This document shows, one piece after another, positions 1-14,900 of a stretch of DNA of 64,000 bases; position 1 is the first letter of the stretch, and every line of letters begins with the position of its first letter. The position numbers were made by a program, and so were the translations under genes. Origin of the DNA: Octopus vulgaris (Eukaryota); the NCBI GenBank assembly GCA_951406725.2, contig OX597828.1, positions 34,844,001 to 34,908,000 on the forward strand, read 5' to 3'. Below the pieces are notes generated by a model. That model was not told the DNA's origin. It worked only from the letters and a program-made list of their open reading frames with translations, and ran no database searches.

Positions 1-634
1 TTCCTTCTATCTATCTATCTTTCCTTCGATATTTCTTTCTATCTTTCTTTCTATTTATCTATCTTTCTATCTATCTACCTACCTATCTATCTATCTATCT
101 ATCTATCTAACTATCTATCTATCTATCTATCCATCTATCTATCTATTTGTCTGTTTGTTTATATCTATGTATTTAATGTATACATACGCATATACATATA
201 TAATGATGTGTGTGTGTGTGTCTATAAAGGTCTACATATATGTATGTATGTATTTATATATAGATATCTTAAAGCTGCTCACAATGTTTTTCATTTCTAA
301 GGAGAAATAGTTACATATGCGATATTTCTATGTTTACTATGTAGGTTTATACACACACAGACGGACACACACACACACACACACACATATGCACAGAGGT
401 TTTACTAGGAGAACGTCTGATACAAGTGAATGGTGTAGCATCATCATCCAGGTTTCTCCTACTAGAATTGTATGGTTGTTTTTGTTATGTCATTAGTATT
501 ACCCGTTATGATACACAGATTAAATAGAGCGAACAATAGCGAAACAGGCGTAGGGAACAATTTGTATAAAGTGCATTTTCTATTTATCATACTTTTCTCA
601 TATACACACACAGAGAGACACACAGACACACACA

Positions 635-666
<32 letters not shown>

Positions 667-1529
667 TGCTCCCAAACTGAACAATATTATGGAGAAGGCG
701 TCAAAAGTGTTATCATGTTTGGTCGATAACTGATGAGGAGTGATTTTTGTTCCCGTCCAGTGTGTGCTATTTTGCTCTCCTGTGCTGCATTTTACTAAAT
801 ACATACATACATACATACATACATACATACATACATACATACATACATACATACATACATACATACATACATACATAAATAGGTTTTGTTAGTAAATGCT
901 CATAGGGAAATCTGGCTAAACTGAGAGTTTCAGAAAGAGAAATCGACCGGCTAATTCGTAGGTTCAATCTGTGAGTGGAACAATAAAAGCATACAAGCCT
1001 TTTCTCAAGTTCCAAATGTGACTTCGTCTGTGTTAACAACATCCCAAAGATGGAGCCCTGTATCTTTGTTGGAAACAGGCGCCCTCCTCAGTGAAAGATT
1101 TAAAATAATAAAAAAAATAGAAGAAACATACACACATACATATATGATTGTATACGTATGTATATACTTGGATGTATACATGGATAAATAACAAAAAAAT
1201 TAGGTGTATATGCATGCTTAAATACATACAAACTCATATATAATCATATACATACATACATGTGTGAATATATCAATGTCCTCCCACAAGTGCATAGAAA
1301 CATACATAAATGCATAAATATCTAAATACATTAATTTGAAAATAAATAAGAGGGAAGACAGCGGGAGGAAAGGGAAATGATAATGATTTTTTAATAAGGA
1401 CAGAAATTATTTACGGGAGAGAAAGACATGAGATTCTGTGATTCCTATGCTTCTCTGAGGATTATAGCGTATTGAGACGTAAGTGGAAGCTAAAATAGCT
1501 GCAACAAAGAAAGATGGACTGCCACGAGG

Positions 1530-1576
<47 letters not shown>

Positions 1577-2535
1577 TGTGGGCGTATGCATGTGTGTTGA
1601 CCCATACGTCCATACCCGTCAGCATGGGTTTGCATTCACAATAAAAAAACACACACACACAAGCACACACTCATACACGCACAAGCACACACTCACTCAC
1701 TCACTCACACACAAGCACACACACTCACACAACACAAGCACAAGCATATATATTTATGTATGTGTAAGAGTCACATAAGCAACACCCACACATTCACAAT
1801 CCTTTACGAATACAGGGACACAGAAACTGCATTTAATATTTCGGTCTTGCAGAGAAACTATACTAAGTGTGTAATCCTATTTCAATTAGAATAATCAGGT
1901 TTTTCTGCCAATAAGAGAAAGGTTGGGGTATTATTTCACTTATTAACTTCTCTGGATTGCCTTTCTTTGCTCGCGTTGTGTGAATATGCCACTAGGGGCG
2001 CTATTTCATTACTTTTGACCCCTTTCCAATTATCGTCTGCATCCATTTGGCGTCAGTTTTCGACAATCTGATAGCAGCGGTTGAAATATTCTTCATCATC
2101 TGCTGCCAACCGTTTTACATATTTATAAATTGATAGCTAATTAGTTCTGTCAGATGCATGGGAAAATTCTAGAAGAATGGGAACGAAATTTAGATACTTC
2201 AGTTCGAGAGTTTGGGGAAATATCAAGACTTCGCATGAGTCGTCATTCAGTAAAGATTCCGAAGAATTGAAAGAGGCTATTAGAATATATTGGCATCGCA
2301 TTTTGAATCTTGCAATAATTTCAGTCTTTAGTTACTGAAGGATAATAAGTTCTTCGGAATAGGAAAAAATGGCGGAGGAAAAAACGTGTTTTGTTTTTCT
2401 TTCCGGGGGTAGAAATATGTAGTGTTGAATTATGGCTTACAAACGCACACACGTATGCATTCACATGTGGGCATACACACATACACACGTGCGCGCGCGT
2501 TCACACACACACAGATAATAGATAGATAGACGGAG

Positions 2536-2580
<45 letters not shown>

Positions 2581-2651
2581 CTGACTCCAGTACACGAATA
2601 TATGCGTATTTACGTCTGAAAGAGTATAAATATATGTGTGTGCGTGTATGA

Positions 2652-2740
<89 letters not shown>

Positions 2741-3339
2741 CATAGATATATAATGCATATCGTTGCTATTATGCAAAAGTGCCGTAAGTCCAAACCGTTG
2801 CTTTTTAAGAAAGCGAAAACTGTCTTTTGTGGGACTTACTACACTTTTGAAAAGTGCTAAACCGTTGTACTACTACACTTTGACAATTTATATATGCTAC
2901 CGTCTGAAGTAGCTGGAATTACGATAGTTTGACCAAAAGAACTGGCTATTGTAAGCAAAAATAAATATTGAAAATAACGCATTTGGCCAAATTTAGACAT
3001 ACGACAGTTTAACATAATAGTAACGATATGTATGTCTGAGGATTATAACTCCCAGTAATACCTTTTCATCGTAAATAAATTTAACTATAATATTAAATAG
3101 ATACAACTAAAAATGAGCATTTTATGTGCATTAAAACAAGGAATATTTGTGAACAGATGAATGAACCGCTCAGTGTATGTGAAAAGTGCTATATTTATTA
3201 TAATTTTATGAACAATACTTTCAAGGTTATGTGGCTTATTCAAACATTGTGTATGTATGTAGTATGTTTATATATAGAACTTGTTTCTGCGTCTGTTACC
3301 GCTATACACTTTGTATGTTACTTTATAAACAAAGGTTTT

Positions 3340-3762
3340 CTACTATAGGCACAAGGTCTGAAATTTTGGAGGGCAGGGGTTAATCGATACCATCCGTCGC
3401 AGCATTTAACCGTTATTTATTTCATCGACTCCGAAAGGGAGAAAAGCAAAGTCGACTTTGGTGGAATTTGAACTCGGAACGTAAAGTTGGAGGAAAAACC
3501 ACTAAGCATTTTGTCCGGCGCTATTACGATTCTGCCAGGTTGCATAAATGCGGCGAGCTGGCAGAAACGCTAGCACGCCGGGCGAAATGCTTAGCAGTAT
3601 TTCGCCCGTCGCTACGTTCTGAGTCCGAAATCCACCAAGGTCAACTTTGCCTTTCATCCTTTCGGGGTCAATAAATTAAGTACCAGTGAAATTCTGGGGC
3701 CGATGTAATTGACTAGTCCCCTCCCCCAAAACTTCGGGCCTTGTGCCTATAATCGAAAGAGT
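3340..3762. mobile_element. Head-to-head SINE family B pair (- 3340-3540; + 3549-3762)
   Basis: Opposite-orientation matches to family B. Confidence 0.82.
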
Positions 3763-3914
3763 TCTGTCAGCTCGCCGCTTTCATTCTGAATAATATGATT
3801 ACTTGAAGAAAAAAAAAGAAATCGAATGTTATGCTCTGTAATATCGTTCTAGATACGCAAAGATGGATTACAGCAAATATTCTGCTCAATACCACAGATT
3901 TGCTTGTCAGTTGT

Positions 3915-4323
3915 TTGATCTTACCCAGTTGAGCATGTCCCTTAGTGGCTGACGATATGCGCATCTCTGATCATGAGCAGAAGTAGTTGGGGAGCATCAT
4001 AGCCATGTGTTGAAAGGAATTATTTGGGGTTTGGATAATTTACTTTTGGAAACATGGCTGTGTCGTTCAACATCCTTAAACAACCCTTATTCAGGCAACT
4101 TTTGAGCGGGATGGGTTACTCAACCAGAAGAACACTCTAACTGGGCCCCCACCTGCAAGGTCATGCGCTGTTTATCTTGATATGAGATCACCATGTCGCG
4201 CACATATGGTTGAGATGCATGTGCCTGGTGTACCCTTATTAGAAAGGTAGTCATGATGGGTATACTGGGCTTTGTATATTTTACCACAGTGACAATTTGA
4301 TGGCGTGCACTGCTCTCTCACTC

Positions 4324-4388
<65 letters not shown>
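3915..4388 (+). mobile_element. Interspersed repeat family D ending in (AAT)n (probable retroposon 3' end)
   Basis: Second copy at 47456-47925 with the same ..ctctctcactc(aat)n terminus. Confidence 0.8.
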
Positions 4389-4607
4389 GATTTTTGCCAC
4401 AAGGGCACTTGGGGGAGGTGGGGATAAGTCAATTACATCGACCCCGGTGTTCAACTGGTAATCAATTTATCGACCCTGAAAGGGTGAAAGGCAAAGTCGA
4501 CTTCGGCTGAATTTGAACTCAGAACATAGCGACGGGCGAAATACCGTTAAACATTTCGTCCAGCGTATAACGATTTAGCCAGCTCGCCACCTTATAATAA
4601 AAATCAA

Positions 4608-4644
<37 letters not shown>

Positions 4645-5628
4645 TTTGGCATAAGGCCAGCAATTTGGCGGGCTAAGTTGATTACATCGACTTTAGTATT
4701 CAGGTGGTACTTGTTTTATCGACCCTCCGCTCAAAGGATGAAAGGTAAAGTCGAACGTATTATATCGCATGAAACACCGCCAAGCATTTGTTCCATGCGC
4801 TAGCGGTTCTGCCATCTGTAATAAATAAATCAATGAAGAAAGAAAGAAAGAAAGAGAGAAAGAAAGAGAGAAAGAAAGAGAGAAAGAAAGGAAAAAAGAA
4901 AGAAGGAAAGAATAGAAACAGGGTAGTTGGTCACGGCTAAAATGCTTTGATCATAGCCTTACTAATTCTCGACCAAATTCGTGACAGACAGTACTAAGGT
5001 GCCCCTATTAACCCTTAAAAGACAGAATGGTTAGCGCTGGAATATCTTTGATCATCAGTCTGTTCAATCAAATTTGACCTGGGACCAAACAACAAGAGCA
5101 ACAATCACAACAGCAACAACTTCAATGGAATACGTGCTTGCCATTCTTCGGTCTGCTAATCCGTTTTTCTATCAGAATGTCCTGGCCGTGTATAGTAAAC
5201 AGTTTTGCCTGGATCCAAATGCTGCTATAGAAATCTTGTGATGCGAGTATGATTAATGTGAACAACAGTTGTAAATTTATGGCAGTGTTGTTCCTTTCAA
5301 TAGAGATTGAAAACGTGTCTCTATAATATTCATACTGTGAAACCAGGATGAATAATAGTGCATCGGTTGTATTCTATGTTCCATATCCTATCATCTTTGC
5401 AAATCACGTATATAATGGAACATTTATCAGAGGAGATTAACAGTAATGGACCGGTTTCAGCAAAGTATAGGCATTTATCATCAGAAGACACTTCGAAGTA
5501 ACGTGGTGTGTGGCGCTTGCATAATGTGATGTGGCTGTATTGGTATCGGAAACTTAATTAGTAGAGAGAATTCCTTGTACGGTTTGGACTAAAAATAAAT
5601 TGCCCTTCATGCGTGCGTGCGTGGGTGC

Positions 5629-5667
<39 letters not shown>

Positions 5668-5972
5668 GTCTGCAATGTAGACTGGCATTGTTTTCGTGAT
5701 ATCTTCAGTTTAAGTGTTAAACACAAACACATACACACATACACAAACACGCAGCCTCATACGCACATAGATACATACAGATATATAAATATCTGCACAC
5801 ACGCACGCACGCACATATACACACATAACAATGTATGTATTATATGTATTTGTATGTATGTATATATCACACACATACTATATACATATATATATATATA
5901 TATATGAATGTATGTGCATGTTTATACACACACACACACACACATACACATTTTTATATATATAAATGTATC

Positions 5973-6340
5973 GTGGCACTCCGTCGGTTACGACGACGAG
6001 AGTTCCAGTTGATCGGATCAAGAGAACAGCCTGCTCATGAAATTAGCGCGCAAGTCGTTGAGCACTTCGCAGTCACGTGTACCCTTAACGAGATTCAGCG
6101 TGACACAGAGTGTCACAAGGCTGGCCCTTTGAAATACAGGTACAACAGAAACAGGAAGAAAGTGTGAGAAAAAGTTGTGGTGAAAGAATGCAGCAGGGTT
6201 CGTCAGCACTCCCTGCCGGAACCACCGTGGAGCTTTAAGTGTTTTCGCTCAATAAACTTTCACAACGCCCGGTCTGGAAATCGAGACTGGGATCCCACGA
6301 CCGCGAGTCTGGTGCCCTAACCACTGGGCCATTGCGCCTC
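5973..6340 (-). mobile_element. tRNA-SINE, head type 1 + tail Y
   Basis: Head matches 50647ff; tail matches 8374ff and 40100ff. Confidence 0.85.
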
Positions 6341-6341
6341 G

Positions 6342-6405
<64 letters not shown>

Positions 6406-6475
6406 TACACACACATGTATACGTATATGTATATATACGTATATATGTATATATATATATATATATGTGTGTGTA

Positions 6476-6544
<69 letters not shown>

Positions 6545-6846
6545 GAAGTGTGGGAGAGACATTTATAATGAATAACCAACCTGTTCTTAAGTGATTTCTC
6601 CATCAGTTGTACCTGAAAGTCTGTTTTATATCCGTCGCGTGAAATCCTATTTTTAGCCAGGTATCGATCAGTAATGGCTTGGCTGGCGGAGTTCAATACT
6701 TTAAATAAATTTCTCGACAGAATCAGCTGTAATGTATCTTGAAAATCCCTGGCGGTCGATACTTTACTGGACTGAAGCCAAAATCTCTGAAGATATTCGC
6801 TGTTTGCTTGTTTGTATATTTCTATGCATGTATATAAGTGCGTGAG

Positions 6847-6891
<45 letters not shown>

Positions 6892-7116
6892 TGTATATAT
6901 TTGTGTGCAGGTATGTATGTAGATGTATGCATATGTATGGCATGTGTGTATCTGTGTTGCGTATGTATGTATGTGTATGTGTGTGTATGTATTTGTGTGC
7001 ACGTACATATGCGCGCAGGTATATGTGGTGCGTGTATGCGTGTATGTTCATGCATGTATATATACATGTGTGTGTATGTGTGTGTATAGACATATAATAC
7101 ACATTCACATACATAT

Positions 7117-7161
<45 letters not shown>

Positions 7162-7172
7162 AATAAATATAC

Positions 7173-7269
<97 letters not shown>

Positions 7270-7605
7270 TACATACATAAATATATATATATATGTAAAT
7301 CGAAATGGAAACATAATTGACATACACATACACACACATAACATACACACATACATACTGTTGTTGTTATTGTATTCCATCGCGTGAGTGAATGGTAAAA
7401 TCGTGTCTCCATGACATTCAGCGGGACAATATCTTGGCTGGCTTCCAAGTTCCTGATTGTAACGATATAGGTTAATATGTCGTCCCCTTTTACCAATGCC
7501 TTTGTCCGTACACAAGGCTGAAGTCGACTACGAACGAACGAATATTATCTAGACGGTTCTGACGTGTATAATTAACAGTGTCTGGCAGATTCTTCCTTCT
7601 GTTAC

Positions 7606-7661
<56 letters not shown>

Positions 7662-8373
7662 GCAAATGTCAAACCGCTAAGATAGTGTTTTGAAGGACTG
7701 AACTAGGTTGCATTAACTTAACGGACATTATTTTATACCCGGATAATCCAATCACGTTTGGATCTTGGAATGATTTCTGTTGCAAGCGAATATGGATCTT
7801 CAAATCAGTTGGCATACAGACAAATATTTATGCTGTTGTTGCAGTTGTTTTGACCCGGTTATACTCTAAACACGATGACCTACTATCAAAGCATTCCACA
7901 TTCGCAATTCCGGCCTTTCTTTAGGGACTTAGAATTATATCAACGACTAAAAACTTCAAGAACTTTTAATAATGCGTAGAAACAAAAAAATAGCAATAAG
8001 TGTGTATATTCTGTACCGTTGTCTTTACACTTTGGCGTGATTTTAAACTTCCAAAGATGCTTCACTTTGATTTAATCTTGAAGTGATTGTCTCCCCTATT
8101 ATAGTTAACCACTAGGAGTACATTCTTCTCTTTTCAAATCCAAGCACAAGGCCCGAAAGTTTAGGGAAGGGACCAGTCGATTAGATCGACCCCAAATTCA
8201 CTTATAAGGTATTGTTTCGATCGGAGCTATAGTAGACGGAACCTTGGTAAGTGCCTTCTCCTCTGCCCGGAATCGCAGGGTTGCAAAGCGATCTTCTTAA
8301 TCACCCGGCCATGCCCTAATAGTTAAAAAGCTTATTGATATTTTGTTTCATTAACCACGCAAAATTATGGTGC

Positions 8374-8713
8374 TGGCCCTCCGGTCGGTTACAACGACGA
8401 GGATTCCAGTTGATCGGAACAACGGTACAGCCTGCTCCTGAAATTGATATTTAAGTGGCTGAGTACTCCACAGACATATGTACCCTTAATGTAGTTCGCA
8501 GTGAGATTCAGCGTGACACAGAATGTGAAAAGGCTGGTCTTTTGAACTACTGGTACTACTCGTTTTTTTTGCTTTTTTTTTTGTTACCTGAGTGGACTGG
8601 AGCAACGTGAAATAAAGTGTCTTGCTCAAGGACACAACGCGTCGCCGGGAATTGAACTCACGACCTTGCGATCGTGAGTCGAATACACTAACCATTAAAC
8701 CACGCTCCTTCAC
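8374..8713 (-). mobile_element. tRNA-SINE, head type 2 + tail Y
   Basis: A/B boxes, then gtgtccttgagcaagacact segment; tail ..gacggagggcca. Confidence 0.85.
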
Positions 8714-9471
8714 AAAATTATGAACAACACATTATTTACAACGCTCATGCATTGGTATGGATTTTCTATAGTCTTAAATTATACTTTATAAAACGCATCG
8801 ACACACCTAGATATATCTTATTGCCTTACAATGCGCGCACCAAAACGGATTTTCTATTGCCTTAAATTGCATAAAAATTTTTTTTAAAACCCAGATGCCT
8901 TGGCACTTCTCGATACACCTTACAGTGCTACAAAGCAACGTGGATAACCGTTTCAGACCCACCGAGATAGACCAACGACCATGAAGAAACTAACTACTTC
9001 GTTTGTTCTTAGTATAATGCTTATATGCTTGTAGTTTACGTGCGTGTCTGTGAATGGTCAAGCGACATTCTGTCGTCATTCAATCCTGCAAAGAATATGT
9101 CTTTATGTTACATGGCAATAACACAAATATTGTTATTCATTGATGTGCATTATCTACATCACGCTAGACGAGCCATTGTTGTTCGTATCCTCGCCAATGG
9201 CGTATCTTCACCGCCCCCGCTCTCAGGTTCAAAATTGCAATAGATGTTGAGAGAGTAATTGTCGTTTTGAATGAAACGGTGCACGATTTCTATTTTTATA
9301 GAAACTCTCATCTGTTGCACAGCATAAAGACTCTCACAAATTATTATCAGAGCAGATGGATACACGTGCACACTCCAACACCCACCCACACACTCATACA
9401 ATCTCTCCCCTCTTGCCCTCTCTCTCTCTTTCTCTTTATGCACACAAAGGAATAAATGAATGTATATATAA

Positions 9472-9531
<60 letters not shown>

Positions 9532-9629
9532 TAATATTATTATTAATAATATCATTAATAATAATAGTAGGGAATATAATTCCAAACTTACAGGGAAAAA
9601 TTCAATTTAGCAATTCTAAATCAAATTTC

Positions 9630-9678
<49 letters not shown>

Positions 9679-9798
9679 TTAAAAACATGTAACAAATGCA
9701 CAAACGGAAGACAGACGCAGGTCACCAGAAACAAATCCTCATCAGTTATCGACCAGACGGTCAGATATATTTATATGTGTGTGTGTGTGTGTGTGTAT

Positions 9799-9853
<55 letters not shown>

Positions 9854-10339
9854 GTGTGAGTATGTGTGCGTGCGCGTATCTTCCTGTGCCCGACCACAAC
9901 TAGACAACAAATGTTGGTTTGTTTATTTACATCGAGCTTTGCGGTTCAGCAAAAGACACCGATGGAACAAGTACGAGGCTTTATAAAGAAGTGCGTCCTG
10001 GGTCGATTTATTTGGATAAATCCTTGAGGCGGTGCTCCAGCATGTACACGGACCGATGACTGAAACAAATAAAAGATGAAATATACTATAATCTGTCTGT
10101 CTGTCTGTGTTTATAATATGCGAAGGTGTGTGAGTCAATGTGTGAACGGCGGGAAAGGGGGCGGGGCTGTGTTAGAGGTGTTTTGTGTATGTAACTGTAC
10201 ATTGTGAATTCATGCGTGACAGTCTGTCGTCTATGTTTGTGCGGTTTGACCCATGTGTTTGGGAGGCCGTGTCACCTGTCATGTAGACAGGCATTAATCT
10301 TGGCTTGAATCGTTCAGTCGACTGAGCAGGAGTGATTTA

Positions 10340-10416
<77 letters not shown>

Positions 10417-10429
10417 GCCTGCCTGTCTA

Positions 10430-10498
<69 letters not shown>

Positions 10499-10572
10499 AT
10501 ACATATATAAACAAGTACAGTCACACACATATATACATATCTATATCTATATATACACACATTATATGTATG

Positions 10573-10607
<35 letters not shown>

Positions 10608-10649
10608 CATAATTAAATCTCAGAATGAGATTGAAACAGTAATCGCTCG

Positions 10650-10701
10650 ATAATGTAAAGTATAGAAGCCATGATAAGATGGCTTCTATACTTTACATTA
10701 T
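10650..10701. repeat. Perfect 23-bp hairpin with 6-nt loop
   Basis: ataatgtaaagtatagaagccat-gataag-atggcttctatactttacattat. Confidence 0.9.
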
Positions 10702-10716
10702 ATATATATATATATA

Positions 10717-11077
10717 AGCGCAGGAGTGGCTGTGTGGTAAGTAGCTTGCTAACCAACCACACGGTTGCTGGTTCAGTCCCACTGCGTGGCATCTTGGGCA
10801 AGTGTCTTCTGCCGACCAATGCCTTGTGAGTGGATTTGGTAGACGGAAACTGAAAGAAGCCTGTCGTATATATGTATATATATATGTATATATGTGTGTG
10901 TTTGTGTGTCTGTGTTTGTCCCCCTAGCATTGCTTGACAACCGATGCTGGTGTGTTTACGTCCCCGTCACTTAGCGGTTCGGCAAAAAGAGACCGATAGA
11001 ATAAGTACTAAAAGGTGGTGCTCCAGCATGGCCGCAGTCAAATGACTGAAACAAGTAAAAGAGTAAAAGAGTAAGAG
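10717..11077 (+). mobile_element. SINE family A copy with internal deletions
   Basis: Near-identical to 20844-21257. Confidence 0.9.
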
Positions 11078-11109
<32 letters not shown>

Positions 11110-11190
11110 GTATTTGGTTTGCAAGGTTCTTGATGTTAGCTTCCCAACATACAACAACATCTGTATACAAATATGATTGTGTGTGTTAGT

Positions 11191-11235
<45 letters not shown>

Positions 11236-11519
11236 TGAGCTATATAAGTGTTGATCACCGCAGACGTATTGATCCCTTTTACACGATCCCTTAGATCCAC
11301 TCCTACACCCCCCACATCACCCCCACCACACACACACACACACACACACAAGACAACCAGCAATTATTCACCAACTGTTTCTCCTGATTATAATAACTGC
11401 CCCCAATAATTGACAAGTTTTATGGAGTTCACCAGTTGACCCGACCAGCAATCACTGAGTACATTGTACCCAAATACATCTCTGTACATACATCATCAAA
11501 CCTCTCTAATTCAGCTTCT

Positions 11520-11544
11520 TTTTTCTTTCCCCTCTTCTCCTCCT

Positions 11545-11609
<65 letters not shown>

Positions 11610-12560
11610 CATTTTGTTTCCGTCCATATATCTACCTTGGCATTGATTTTGATTTACGCTTTGTTTAATCCTGACGAGTATATTGATGTCTTCGTGTCAC
11701 TGATCTATGGCTGTTCCTCAGCTTTTCCTTTCACCTATTCACTCTCTGCTTCTCTTTTGAACTTCATCGCTCTTTATCTTTCACTTCCTTCAATTTCTCT
11801 TTTTCACTCTCTCCTACATTTTCTTCCTCTTCCTCTCTCTCTCTCGCTCGTTTGCTCGCTTGCTCTGTTTCTCCTACATACTCTCTCTCTCTCTCTCTCG
11901 CCTTCGTTTGCATACTTGCTGTTTTTCACCTATATTCTCTTCTCTGTCTATCCCTGTCTCTGTCTGTCTCTCTGTCTCTCTCTCACGTTTCGTCACTTAC
12001 TCTTTCTCTCACCTACTGTCTCTCTCCCCCCTTTCTCTCTCTCGCGTGTTAGCTTTCGCTTTGTCTCCCCTACATTTTCTCTCTCTCACCTTCGTTACAT
12101 TCTTACTCTGTTTTTCACCTATGTTCTCTCTCTGTCTCTCTATCCCTCAGTCTCTCTCTCTATCTCTCACACCCTCGCGTTTGTTTTCTTGCACTGTCTC
12201 TCAGCCACATTTTCTTTCTCATTTACTCGCCCTGTTTCTCTTTTAGCTCGTTTGCTCTCTCTCCTTCCTTCTCTCTTTCTTTTTCTCTCTCCTTCCTTCT
12301 CTCTCTTACTCTCTCTCCTTCCTTCTCTCTCTCTGTCTCGTTTGCTCTCTTGTTCTGTCTCTCGCCTACATTCTGTTTCTCATTTGCTCGCTCGCTCGCT
12401 CTATCTTTTTCTCCCAATATTGCTCGTTTGCTCTGTCCCTCTCTGTCTCTTTCTCTTCTCTCTCGTTTGCTCACTTGCTCTCTCTCTCTCTCTATCTATC
12501 TCTCTCTTTCACCTACACCTACACACACATGCACACGCTCTCTCTCTCTCTCTTCTTTCA
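11520..12560. repeat. CT-rich polypyrimidine low-complexity tract
   Basis: Directly visible; explains the spurious 387-aa ORF. Confidence 0.9.
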
Positions 12561-12744
12561 TACACGCACACACAGTGGTACACACACAGGTATACGTAGG
12601 TAGGCACGTATTTCTCTTTCACTCGTTTTAACAGGATGGTAGACATTAAATAAGTCATCGTAAACTAGTTTCTTGCACAACCATGAAACCACAGAACTAC
12701 AGAAGAAGGTGGGTTGATGTTAGCTTGGCTAAGGACGATTCACA

Positions 12745-12805
<61 letters not shown>

Positions 12806-13017
12806 CGCTCTCCCTCTCAATGCCTTCATCGCGTTCTTACATGTTAAAACCAACATACAACATGTGAAAAAGAAAAAAGTTTGCAATTAAGCAATGCAAT
12901 TAAAGTCCCTATCCAATTAAACTAATTTCAGAAAGTGAATTAATAATTTCTATTATCACAAAAAGTAGTAAAAATATTCAAATGTTCGTGAGTGTGTAAT
13001 TGTTGATGTTGTTGTTG

Positions 13018-13378
13018 AAGGCGGCGAGCTGGCAGGAACGTTAGCACGCCGGGCGAAATGCGTAGCCGTATTTCGTCTGCCGTTACGTTCTGAGTTCAAA
13101 TTCCGCCTAGGTCGACTTTGCCTTTCATCCCTTCGGGGTCGATAAATTAAGTACCAGTTACGCACTGGGGTCGATGTAATCGACTTAATCCGTTTGTATG
13201 TCCTTGTTTGTCCCCTCTATATTCAGCCCCTTGTGGGTAGTAAAGAAATAGGTATTTCGTCTGCTGCTACATTCTGAGTTCAAATTCCTCCGAGGTCGAC
13301 TTTGCCTATCATCCTTTCGAGGTCTATTAAATAAGTACCAGTTACGCTCTGGGGTCGATGTAATCGCCCTAATCCGTA
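13018..13378 (+). mobile_element. SINE family B (MetaSINE-like central domain), partial tandem dimer
   Basis: ggcggcgagctggcag..gagttcaaattcc..gtcgactttgcctttcatcc..aagtaccag; the second unit restarts at 13251. Confidence 0.9.
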
Positions 13379-13404
13379 TGTATGTATGTATATGCCACCG
13401 CACA

Positions 13405-13750
13405 GTATAAAAGGCTTTATAGGACGATGTTGAAGAGCTGTAGGACCTTGAACCCAAGCTGCTGCAATATCTGGTCCTGTATCTTGGTGACAATGTTGGG
13501 TTCTTTGGCACCATGCATTGGTGACCCGTTATGCTGTTTGCGCAACTATCAATGCCAAAGTTTGGTACAAGCCCCACTGGGATTTTCCGGGTACATATCA
13601 CTGCATATCTTTCCTGTCTTCGTTCTAGAGAGTAGAGTCACAACAATTTTAGCATCTGTCAGTAGCTGACAAGTCGCATTGAAACGATCTTTGTGTAGTT
13701 TTGCTGGATTGCATCAAGTTCTGCTGTTAATTTTATGCTGTGTGGTAGCA
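13405..13750 (-). mobile_element. CR1/L2-group LINE ORF2 C-terminal fragment (degenerate)
   Basis: Minus translation ELDAIQQNYTK..SY*QMLKLL*LYSLERRQERYAVI..KI..GLVPN matches the conserved LYSLERRRERY motif region; stops present. Confidence 0.8.
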
Positions 13751-13805
13751 CATACATACATACATACATACATACATACATACATACATACATACATACA
13801 TACAT

Positions 13806-13982
13806 ACTTATATATATACGTCGGGCTTCTTTCAGTTTCCATCTACCAAATCCATTCACAAGACTTTGGCCAGCTCTAGGCTATACAGGAAACACTTGCC
13901 GAAGGTGCCACGCAGCGGGAATGAACCCGGAACTATATGAGTAAGAAACAAATTTCTTACCACACAGGTGCGCCTGTGCCTA
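13806..13982 (-). mobile_element. SINE family A 5' half
   Basis: Reverse-complement match to head and core. Confidence 0.8.
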
Positions 13983-14542
13983 TGGATTCCATCTACCCAA
14001 TTTCCTTCACGAGGAATGGGGAAACTGGGGGGCCATAAAGAAGTAACTTTTGCCCAATCGAACCTTGTTTCCTTACAGACGCAAAGCGAACTTCCTATCC
14101 ATTCGTCCACACCGCACTGATACGCACATACGACATACCTACACATATACATGCATACGTTTGTTTTAAACTTGAACCGCATGACTTAGGTGTTTCCTCC
14201 TTAATGGTTCGGCCAAATACCGTATAGCCATACACAAATATTATGTTCATGCTCCAATTCCTTATGTTTTCATTGATGTAAATCATTTATATTGAAATGA
14301 GGTTCAAAGATTTTCAATGGATGAACATCATGAATGTACATACATACATGTGTATATATATATAGGTATCTATGTCTGTAATGTATATATATGTGTGTGT
14401 GTTTGTATACATATACACGTACACACACACACACACATACACACACACGCATATATATGTTTCTATATACATATACATACATATATATATGTGTGTGTGT
14501 GTGTGTGTATATTTCTTTACACATAGACATATATATATATAT

Positions 14543-14574
<32 letters not shown>

Positions 14575-14658
14575 GTATATGTATGTATATGTATATATAT
14601 ATATGTATATGTATGTATATATATGTATATATATGTATGAATATGTATGTATATATGT

Positions 14659-14690
<32 letters not shown>

Positions 14691-14839
14691 GTGTGTGTGT
14701 ATGTATACATATGTGTGTGCATATATGTATATGCATGTATGCATATATGCATATATATATATGTATATGCATATTCATATATATATGTATGTATACATAT
14801 ATTTATATATATAATGTGTATATATATGTATATGTATAA

Positions 14840-14900
<61 letters not shown>

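Noticed and set aside
1988-2003. CTCF-like motif gccactaggggcgcta (also ~41417-41435)
   Set aside because: One base short of, or mismatched to, the consensus; cannot be supported without ChIP data.
2150-2340. VWGNIK..EELKEAIRIYW resembling a Tc1/mariner C-terminus
   Set aside because: Too short and diverged; no catalytic motif or TIRs seen.
11436-12599. 387-aa Leu/Ser/Phe-rich ORF
   Set aside because: Translation of a CT-rich tract that is depleted of stop codons; no domain.
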